A program made the position numbers and the translations under genes. A stretch of 64,000 nt of DNA from Auanema rhodensis (taxonomy: Eukaryota; Animalia; Nematoda), in contig OZ059894.1 of NCBI GenBank assembly GCA_964057225.1, forward strand, positions 14,570,001 to 14,634,000. The letters are read 5' to 3'. Shown one piece after another: positions 53,582 through 64,000 of this stretch. Under the pieces are notes generated by a model. The model was not told the origin of the DNA, made no database searches, and saw nothing but the letters and a program-made list of their open reading frames with translations. Each line of letters opens with the position of its first letter. Position 1 is the first letter of the stretch.

Positions 53582-56500
53582 TTAATTACACCATGTTGGA
53601 TCATCTTTGCATTTCAATTTCAACCATGTTCCAAGTATATAATCTTCTTTGGTATAAGGCTGGAAACATATTAAACAAACACAATGATAATAGTTCATTT
53701 TCATTTACCAAAGATTTTTCATTATTGAATTGAACTCTCATCATTTGTCTTCTGTTCAAATGTTCAGAATATGTAGATCTTAGTAATGTTGATATGTCTT
53801 CCGTCATACAGTGTCCACAAAGTTTGCATAACTAAACCAGGATTTCAAAATTTAAAAATAAAAATCAGCAGATATCAAACATGCGACCTTAAACGTTGAA
53901 GCACTTGAAGCATGCTCTAACGTTTATAATTAAAACTTTAAAGTTGAAACTCACAACATCGTTGTCACAATCACTGCAAGATCCATCTGTACATTCTGTC
54001 ATGATAACTCTTAAATCTCTCTCATTTTCTAATGAATTTTCATGATATTGTCTTTCTCTATAAGAATTACTATTCTTATTTGAAATTCAAGTCTCAATAT
54101 AGCAGTACCTTAATGCTGTTACTGATTCTTTGTTCAGCCTGTTACCTAATCCCACTAGTGATAGAACATTCAGTATTACTTGTTCATACAAGAATTTTTG
54201 TTCCTTGAAATGGCCAGAAGATAAATTTGGTGACATATTTGCCTGAAATTAGATGGAAATTCCAAGTTTTCATATTTTAATACCAACTTCCATTAAATAT
54301 ACATTTAACTCATCATCTACTATAAAGTCAAAACGACTTAATTCGAAAAATTTGGATGGAATATTATTTGTTTCCATCTGATTGATCATATCTGGTTGTC
54401 TTCGTTGAAACACCTTTAAATAGAATAATGTTTGGAATCTAGTGAAATGTTTTCAACTTCAGCAATAATAGATCCAACTTGCTGCCATATTGTCATTGGA
54501 TTTAATCCTTTTTTCAAGAGATATGTATCAAACGATTGTCTCCAACCCATTTTATGATCAACAAAATATTCTCTAAGAGATTCAATCTAAAGAATTTATG
54601 AATATTAGATCTGACAGCTAAATATTAATATGAGAATTACCTCCCATATTGGAGTGTAATCATCTCCAACTACATATTTATCAATATTGGACGGATCGAA
54701 TGGCTCATAATCCTGTGGACAAAATCTAAAAAATTATTAAAACTTTTAAAACTTTTTTTCTATACCTCAATAGAGCATCTCCAGCAAAAACATATACTTT
54801 TAAAGGTTTAATTGAAGTAATTACAGTATAAACTCCAATATCAAACTTTCTGAAAACAAGTGAAAACTTAACAACTTTCTCGAAACTTTAATTTTTTTTC
54901 ATCTAAATGATGCTTTTACAATCCCTCTCCAACTATTTCAAGTATAAAAGTTTATCAAATTGACAGATCGTACTTGAATTTTGAAATGAAATTATTCAAA
55001 TCATCTAGACCTCGATTGAATTTTTTTTTCAAAAATTTGTGAATAGTAAATTTTTTGCAGATATATATATAATAGATTAATGTACTTTGATCAATATATA
55101 TATATATATAATATATATTTGATTTTAGATATTATTCAATAAAGTACAAAAGTGAGGATACTGGAAAAAACTCGAAAACCAAAATCTGAGTCAGAAAATC
55201 AAAAAAAAAATACAAACCTGCCATCAATAAGAAATGGATTTTCAATGTAACGTTGAATAAATGAATTTGGTCGATTGAGATTCAATTGTTCTAAACTTGC
55301 AATCTTTATATTTCTGAAAAATGAAAAGAAAAGTCTTTCCCAAGAACAGAAAAAAATGTTAAAATAGGAGATGATGAATAAGTCTGTACAACAAACCTAT
55401 GAGTATTGTCTTTTTGAACCCATAAATAGTCCATATGTTCTTTAGCAAAATTCAAAAATGGTTCCTTTTCATGTGGCAATTGAAAAGCTTGTGGAACTCC
55501 TGTACTTAGGCCACAGGTGGCTAGTGCAACCTATATTAATGAAAATTTTGAAACAAAAACTATGACGTCAAACAGACTTTGCTAGTATAGTATCCAGATC
55601 CAGGAACATGATTAATGATTTGTGAAGATGTAGCATTCATAATATGTTTCATATACTCAGGTTTTGTTAATGAATAATCATGAATCCACATAACATCCCA
55701 TTCAACATTATCTTTTTGTGGTCCTGTTATAACCTGAAGATTTTCATAATATATAGTATGATTCTGAATTTTTTAATGAATTTTATCTGATTCAAGAATT
55801 TAAGTATTAATTTTCATCTAGATAACATTTTATTTTATTATTATCTTTCTTTATTTGTAATTTATGCTAATTTTTAGTCAAAATCTAACACGTAAAAACG
55901 TGTAAATTATTTTGAATATTGCAGCAAAACATATGCGGTTGTTCAAAATATGGGAAACAATGAAGAGAGTGTGAATGTGAAGAATTTTTTTTTCTGAGCT
56001 ATGCTAAATCATAATTGTTTTTACTACTTGTTTTGCTATTCATTTGATAATCTATCTAACTATCTACCTATCTATCTATCTAATTCTTTCAATCTTTTTT
56101 CTTTTTCTTCCCTAGACATCTCCTTTCTCAATCATAGTATATGTTTGATTCATTACATACTTCTACAAGGTGAACTATGAGCGAGTTAAGGGTCATCAAC
56201 GTTTGCCATTCGGGACAGGGCTAGATTGATGAGGAGCTATTCGATATTTCTGAGAGTCGGATGAGCCTTTTTACCATGTTTCAACGTAGATGCAGCTGAT
56301 GAGACTACAGACAAAAAAATAGGTCAAGAAACACACACACACACACACATATACACATACGTTATCATATGAATATAAAACAACATATGTATGTTACTAA
56401 TAGTTTTGTACTATTTTATGAATATTTTTCATATACAGCTTGTTTATAATTAGTAAAATATTATGTGTTAGATTATATTTTAAATTTTAAAACAATCTGT

Positions 56501-59500
56501 TTTTCATCTGTTTTGTTTTCATTATTATTTTAAAAAATTAGAAAAAGGATATCTGATGAGATGTTGAACAATTTGAGGGACGTTAGATCATAATCGACGT
56601 GTGACTAGACTAGGACGCATAACCCAGACAGTATTTCAAATTGTAAAATTCAAATGTAAGAAACAAGTTCATTCATTTGTCAGTTCTGGTCACTACAATG
56701 AAAACATTAAGTATCATTCTTACCATATGTTGACGAAACTTTAACTTGATTTCCGGGGTGGGGATGGAAACATAAATAGGTTTTTATGCGTTGATACTTC
56801 CAATTCAAATTGACCGTACTCAAAATGGAAATTATAGATGTCTTATAATAGCTATTTAACTGTTTTTCTTAAACTTTTCACATCAATTTGCTTTCATGCA
56901 TATACAAATAGACAGTAATCATGCAATATTGTATAACAAAGTCTTTCCTGATGACATTACTTGAAAGTACTGTCCCGTTGTTCTCATTACAACAATTCTG
57001 AACATATGCTACACAGACGACATCATACAGCGAAATACTCCTGTGATGTCGTCTTCTGGCTTTCGCCTGAACTTCATTCCCAACACTTGCCACATTATTC
57101 CTCACCCCCCTTGTAAACTTTACTTCCGTTTATATATTTTTCCTTCTCTTCCATCATCTTCATCATCCTATTAGGACCTTGTTTATACAGAACCCGAGCA
57201 GTTCTGATGGAAGAAAGCACATGGTTTCAGACACCTGTAAGCAAACACAAGCAAATATTATAAATACAGATGACCCATTCATAGTAGAAACTGTTATAAA
57301 TCTCAAATGAAATATAATCAGCAACAGTCTTTATCATTCGTAAATTCTATATTTCAACAGTTCAAAACTGTATATGCACTTTGAGAGCATTATCAGCAGA
57401 TTACAATCGCGTTATGTTGTCATTCGAATACAAATTTCAATTTTCATATACTTAAATAGATACTCTGATGTTGTGCATTTCCTAGACTTTAGCGTGAAGA
57501 TTATGCCGTCATATTTTGATAATGCTATAATCATCTGTTGTTTTTCCTTTCGCAATTCGCAACATTTCAGCCATGAGCTAACGGGTAAAATAAGCAGAGG
57601 AGCAAGTTGCAAAGAGAAATTGAAAAGCAAAGACAACAAAACGAAAATCAGTCCATTTTCCGTTTTTTTTTGCTCTCTTGAGTGCTTCCTAAACGCACAT
57701 TGCACTTTCATAGCGCATAGAGGATAGCAAATAGACATAACCAATAGATGAGCCAAGAATCCACGTGTTTTGAACGACAATGACTATATATAGATTGTCT
57801 TTAATCTTCTTGTTTCATAAAATTTTGAATTTAGTATGCAATCTACTGTGCTCTTTCCCTTGATTTGAAAATAATTATGACACTAACACGCAATGAAGTC
57901 ATTTCAACGTCATCCAAGTAACAAACATGTAGTCAAATATCTTGATTGTTAGTTCAAGTTTGCGAGATTCCCTTTGTCACTTTTTCTGATAATTTGTTGA
58001 GTACGCAACTCAGTTTTCATCCATCCAACCCCATAATAAAAAACGAAAAGAGAGAGATGAAAAAATCGAAGAAAGTTGCAATTTTTTGAAAAGAAGAAGG
58101 AAAATACGAAAGGCGAATGAAAATAACCGCTGTTGGATTTGATTGATATCTGTGATATCGCCAAAGATCAAAAATGAGATTCAATTTGTTCGTTTGAATG
58201 TAATATGAGAATCGAAAATCAACCTTGCCATTGCCAAAAACGGTCAAGTTCCCGAGTTCTGTGACTTTTCGAATATGGGAAAAATATATATCTTGTACAG
58301 ACAATTTCAACAACCTGAAACGAAAGTCATACATGGGTGTCATAAATCGTGAACCTTGGCACAGTTGGATGCCCAAAATCAAGAGACCACCCTGAAGACC
58401 CAAACATTTTGCATATAGAATAGCATTTACGACGTCTTCAACTGCTTCTATGTACCTACTATTTCTTCTTTCCCTTCTATTTCCTCTTTGCATCGTTTTC
58501 ATTCTCCCGTCTCTTTATCTTTCTACTGAGGCCACCCGGAGGACGATGATGATGGAATAACGTTTGAAAACATGATGAATTGCTGACGGACAAGCATAGT
58601 GACAACGGCGGCGACACTCAAGAAGTATGAGGTGGAAAATAGAAAGCAGAAGTCGCTACACATGGTCTGAGTCGTATTGTCTAGATTTCTGAGGCAATTC
58701 ATCTATAGCCGCCTTTTCTGTTTCCTAGACCGTCCTCTGAGTTATGAAGACTAGACCGGAGAAGGAGAGAGAGAGACGAGCAAGAAAGATGAAATAGAAA
58801 CATGTAGAGATGAAGAAAAGATAAGATCAGCTAATCGTCGTCCACATCGCTGTCTCTACAACAACTATTCACACCTGCCAGGTAGATAGCGGCCCTTTGA
58901 TTATCGAAAATTTGCAACAACTACGACCGGAAGACTTGCAGTAACTTTTTAGATGAAAAGAAAACGACAATGGAGTAATAACAGTCCAAAGATTCGAATG
59001 AACTAATCGATCTAGATAGAATAAAATATTGTCATAACGATCAAGATTGCTTAGTTTCTTTTTCAAGTAGATAATTTTGATGTCAATGCGTATAGATGAC
59101 TAACCTATTATCATTGAAACTCAATACAGACATGTATAATCCCAAATATCTTCTTTACATATTTTATTTAACATATAATGTCAATGAATGTGATATATGC
59201 ATGCCAATTCAATAATCAGATGTCAATTTTTACAACAAAGTGCAGCATCACACTCCACAGGAACAATGTACTATCTATGTTAAATCGCAATGTTTTAATT
59301 TTCTGTTCATAGGCAACTGTTTCCATACAATACATCACTATGCTTGAAACAGACTTATGGCTGTTAAAGATAAGCCAGAACGAGAGAAATTCCGAACGTT
59401 TTAAAGATTGATCCCTTTGAATCAATTCTCTTGGATTTAGTTCCTCAAGTGCATGCCTTACGAATAGCATGTTGCAATTCAAGTTAGTGTAGGCGGATGA

Positions 59501-60425
59501 ATTTGATTGGGCAGCACGGGCTCGTAAAAGTTGCAACAACGACAACACACGGTAATTAATAATCGTCTTTATCTCCTATCTTTCTCTTATTGTCTCTAAT
59601 TCTCTTGCTCTCTTCATTCTATATTTTTCTTGTCCCTCGTCTTTATCTACAAATCTCAATTCTATCATAACCATATGCGTATGTAAAACATTCACAACAA
59701 AACATGCATACAGAGTTCGCACAATTTTTTTTAAATCGAAAATTAAGAAAACAAGATTTTCCCCAGATATATCTTCATTGCTGCGCATTGCAATGTCAAC
59801 TATAGAATAGCCTTTTCACGTATTTCACGTGAATGCAAGGCGTTCATTTAGAGTTTCGAACGCACGGAGTGACCGGTTGCACAATGAACAAACAAATGTT
59901 GGTTTTTTAGCGTTTTCTCAGATATTCGTGATAACAAGTAAATACATAGTCTAGTTGAAAAAGACCTTTTTATCTTTCTTATAACAGCTTTTACGTTAAC
60001 AGTTTGGCAACTAACCTTATAACCCATCATTTGAAAAACTTCGACAATATGTAACATATAAGTCGTGAGAGGCTATAATAATTATTCATTTGTGATGAAA
60101 ATAGATGAAAGTTGGTTTAAAAAATATTGAAATACCTCATCCCCATGACCATCAATCCATGCTACACGACTGTTAAGGTTACTAACACTAACCGTTTTGG
60201 AACTTGATTGTTTACTTAATAATAATTATTATTATTACCATTATATTATATTATAATGATCATATAAAAACAAATGATAAATTTATTTATATTACCGAAC
60301 CTTATCATTAAAGATAAATCATCTTGCAGTTGTTTAAGCTCTTGAATATTTATAGAAATTGATATTAAACCTATGACCAGAAGTAGATTAAACACCGTCG
60401 ATCCAATTTGAGCAAAGAATGGCAT
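53582..60425 (-). CDS. ttll-15: Tubulin-tyrosine-ligase-like protein with N-terminal signal anchor; intron 3 is 4.3 kb (55734-60015)
   Basis: Exons 60425-60301, 60214-60136 and 60072-60016, then 55733 onward: WDVMWIHDYS, INHVPGSGYYTSK, WVQKDNTHRNIKI, FIQRYIENPFLIDGRKFDIGVY, YVVGDDYTPIWE, RFDFIVDDELNVYLMEANMSPNLSSGHF, CKLCGHCM. Terminal exon PYTKEDYILGTWLKLKCKDDPTWCN* (TAA 53584-53582). Matches recalled C. elegans TTLL-15 end to end. Confidence 0.92.
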
Positions 60426-62830
60426 CAATTCCACGTATTAACGTCAACAAATTAATACACACTTAAGCGAAGAAGGAAAATGTTTATCACAGACTACGGA
60501 AGAAATGATGAAAAGGATATCATTGATCAATTTGTTTCATTAAATCAATGAAATCATCAACTAGTTTTCTTCGTCTTTTTTTTTGTAATAACACCTCCAC
60601 ACTGTTAAATGATTTTGCCGTTCAAATCAAAGCATAATCATAACATTAAATCTAGTATGTTTCTTCTTATTTCTGAAAACCAGAAGCAAATTTGGCAGAA
60701 AACAATTTATCAGCTGTTTACCAGAGAAAGTTTTTGTTACAAAACATCTGAATTATCAAAATATTCTTTGTTCGTGTAAAATGTTCATCATGTGAATATG
60801 TTTGTTCTATGTGCTACTGTATAAATTGCATAAAAAAACAGAACAATAGTGAATCAACAACTTTTTTTCAACTTTTTCAGTAAAGTATTCACCATATAAG
60901 GCACTGAATATAAAACACTAATCTGTTTACATATATTGGACATCTATAAGAACAACTACAGTCAAATAATCGAAAGTGAGAAAGTTATTAGAGCTCTTCA
61001 ATTCGTTTTACAAAGAGCATAAACAACAAAAATAATTTTTGTAAAACGAATTATAGAGTTCTCATGAATGTCATGTATATTTTGGACGATATTTACACAT
61101 GAGATGGCAAGTTGTGAGGGTTCACAGTTTACCGTTGACCAAGTTTTTCCAAAAAAGATCTAGGTTTAACCGTATAAAGATCAACGACAATCTATGAAAC
61201 ACAGCGCGTGTAATTACCACAAAACCTACAAACACTATGAATTTAAAGAAATTGAAAAAGAATGAAAAGATGAGTGTGCGAAGATACCAGCTCTGGATTG
61301 GACTATACAAAGACTCATATTGGGTCAACGTAACAAACTATATGTGATAAAGAGAAAGAATCTATGTAATTGGGGATTGAATAGAGAAACAAATCCACAG
61401 ATCAAAAAATGTGAAGTGAACGATATCCGAAAAGCGATACGAAATTCACACGGAAATGAGGCACGTCATGGTGAAAAATTTGGAAAGCCGCTCTGTACCT
61501 CGATTAAAAACTAAACAAAAGTACAGGATATATTACACATCTAAAAGACAACTAACGGTGTTCTGCATCAATTTGAGAAAAACACTAGGTAAAATATGGA
61601 TTAGAAGCAAAAGAGAGAACGGTAAAGAGAAAGTGTAGCAACGCATATATATATATATAGACAGAACGACAGAGAATAGAGGGGATTGTGTGGCTAAAAA
61701 CAGAAGAAGGTGAGAGCCCTTTTGAGTCCAACAGAACTAATTAGGCTGAAAAATATACAAAAAATACAATATATTCTGTCACTAGGTGAGCGAACGGCGG
61801 ACATCGCCACAACATGGTTGAACATAAAGGATGATATAGCTACGCGATGATTGGGGAGTACCCCTTGGGGGTCTACTGAGAACAGCAATGTGGTAAACAT
61901 GAAGAAGCTACTATATCTGTCACTCATACATATATGTATATATTTGTTCTCAACTTGAGAAAACTTAATAAACTGCACACAAAAGAGAAGTTGCCAAAAT
62001 GTGGGTAAGGAGCAAATTCATCAACGGCATCAGACCAAAAAGGATAGTAAATGGAATATGAATGAGGGCCATTTTTTGAGAGAAAGAGTGTGAACTTCGT
62101 CAGACTTGAAGGGAAATCGGATATGTGTGATATTGAGCTATGCTAACTATAATATATGATCAAGAAAGGAAATGATGATGATGAGGAACATACATGCAGA
62201 CTATATAGAAATATATCAAGACTATGTAAATTTAAGACGACTGCACGATGATTGAACCATTCAGCTTAGATATGAAAGGAAAGTTGGAAGAGTTTCAGAA
62301 GAATCAAAAGAATCTAATCAGTTATTAAGAAATGATGATGAGGGAACAGGTCAAGCAGAATTACCTCCTCCATCTTTCCTAGGCAATAAACATCGAAATC
62401 AGCTAATGCATGAGATTGACTACAGTTGAAAGCAAATGTGTAGGAAAATAAAACCATATTAAATACTGATAAGGCAAATTGTAGAAAAACACAAACAAAA
62501 AGCTGTATATTGAAATGAAAGTGGTTATCGTGGGTTGAAGTTTGGTTGGGTAGATAAGACGACCGAGAGTGTTCGACTAGTCACTAGGACAGACAGAGAG
62601 GGAGTATTACAGTTTTTGCGGCTTATCACCATTCGCAATAAGATATCTAAGACTGAGGTGTGTTCGGGGTACGGCAGTCCGTTTGAGGTATGAGATACTG
62701 AGGAAGAAAGAAACCATCAGATTCGGATGTGATGAAGAGAAGGTAGATAGATTTGAGGAAGACAAACCACAACTTGATGTTGAAGGACAGCCAAACAAAA
62801 CAAAAACGTGGTAGTACATGATTGCATGTC

Positions 62831-63714
62831 CTATGCACACCATGGTTCTCGTATACTTCCTAAGGTTTCCAATAGCCTGTGGAGATTATCGTCGTCACTT
62901 CTGGAGTTTGGAGCTCGCGACCGCGGTGATCCTGCATCAGAGCTGCGCTCACTAGTACTGGCTGATGAATAATCCGATTTGTCCGAATTGTCGGGTAAAC
63001 CCCAAATTGATTGTTTGGAATAATCTTCTACCTGAAACACCACGATGAAGCATAAATAATAGATAACAAAACTTACAAAAACGGGTTTTTCGCTTAGTTG
63101 TGTTGTGTATATAGCTGCAGGCCAAATGGGCTCATCTCTTTTGTTGAAAGATCCGAAATGACCAGGTAGTGGTTCCTCGTTAGAGAAGCCGTTACGATTC
63201 AAATTTCCGAGGTCATTCGAATTTCGGTTAGGAGTGACATTGGTGTTGTTACATAACTTCATCGTAGCCATCATCTGCTGATTCGACATGGTGGAACGGT
63301 ATTGAGGGAATTGAGCAACATGGACTGGCTGAGTGTTCATAGGTGGCATTGAATTATTAGCAAACTCATAGGCTTCAGAGAGTCGAGCTTCTTGAGCACA
63401 TGAACCCCAGATGCGATCGGATAAAAACAGCTGAAAGAGTGATCATAAATATTTATAGTAAGGTGCTTCAATATTTAGATAATTTGAATACTACTATGCT
63501 TACCGGGTTAGCATTTCGTTGGTTGGTGTTATACATCCAAGGAGACTGCTGCTTTTGAGCATTATGCATAGCCTAAAACAATAACTTATATCAGATGTAA
63601 ATCAAATAAAAGTCATACGTGACTATTGTAAATCTTATGCTGTGCTCTATGCATGATTCCATCATTTCGTTCACGACGATGATCAGGACTTGCGACATAG
63701 AAGGTGTAGGATTT
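62831..63714 (-). CDS. Uncharacterised, largely disordered N/Q/S-rich protein with repeated Trp motifs; 5' end uncertain (exons 63714-63619, 63572-63503, 63430-63077, 63031-62831)
   Basis: Four exons join in phase 0 through GT-AG introns into one frame ending NLHRLLETLGSIREPWCA*. No recognisable domain. Upstream exon(s) may lie at about 63961-63981 or beyond the window. Confidence 0.7.
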
Positions 63715-64000
63715 CTAAAAAAACATCCATTAATTTAGATTACTCCCTCATTGAAAATGTTTTAAATTGCTTGTTTCAATTCTATTCTGCTAAATATCTG
63801 CAGATATAAGAGGAAGGCAGCAGAAACGGAAGCTTGACGCAAACGGTCATTAATCAATCGAAAGAAAAGATGTCGCTATCGGCAGTCGGAACAACCGGTA
63901 TTTTGTTACAATGGTGAGTCGAAAAGCTTGATAAGCATGTCTCGACAATAAACAGTCGTACATCCATTTCAAGATGCCACATATAGATTGCAAAGTAAGA

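Noticed and set aside
53601-53807. ORF-track C-terminus of TTLL ending ...EIEMQR
   Set aside because: It reads through an intron (donor after KSL, TTTCCAG acceptor). The true last exon is in another frame and ends KDDPTWCN*.
57374-59788. ORFs of 110-161 aa inside the ttll-15 intron as a nested gene or transposase
   Set aside because: No recognisable motifs (no DDE, RT or helicase) and no consistent splice chain.
1-64000. Telomeric (TTAGGC)n tracts or intact tRNA/rRNA genes
   Set aside because: None seen by eye; only isolated single hexamers and the degenerate tRNA-like sequence at 47323-47395.

Overview
AT-rich eukaryotic DNA from a rhabditid nematode close to Caenorhabditis: 40-60 nt introns, TTTTCAG/TTTTAG acceptors, acceptors directly before several ATGs (trans-splice sites), and proteins resembling C. 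elegans chromosome V genes. I assembled nine spliced genes by hand: rhr-2 (Rh ammonium transporter, -), npp-22/NDC1 (-), a secreted stand-alone PLAT/LH2 protein (+), a trehalase with a GPI-type tail (tre-3-like, +), ceh-32 (Six3/6 homeobox, +) within about 21 kb of gene-free flanking DNA, trm-1 (tRNA m2,2G26 methyltransferase, -), a GRD-like Cys-loop channel (lgc-36-like, -), ttll-15 (-) and a 5'-uncertain disordered Trp-motif protein (-). A ~10 kb composite repeat block lies between trm-1 and the channel gene: ~35 copies of a 199-bp satellite, an AT spacer, a degenerate tRNA-like A/B-box head, a purine-skewed GC-rich minisatellite, and diverged inverted copies of the satellite monomer (foldback-like). 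Most notable: this composite element, an AUG-less in-frame upstream exon of trm-1 encoding a mitochondrial-presequence-like peptide, TACGGTA enrichment around ceh-32, a non-PAR channel selectivity filter, and a signal anchor on a TTL-family ligase. Gene names come from recalled C. elegans sequences, not a database search; counts were made by eye.
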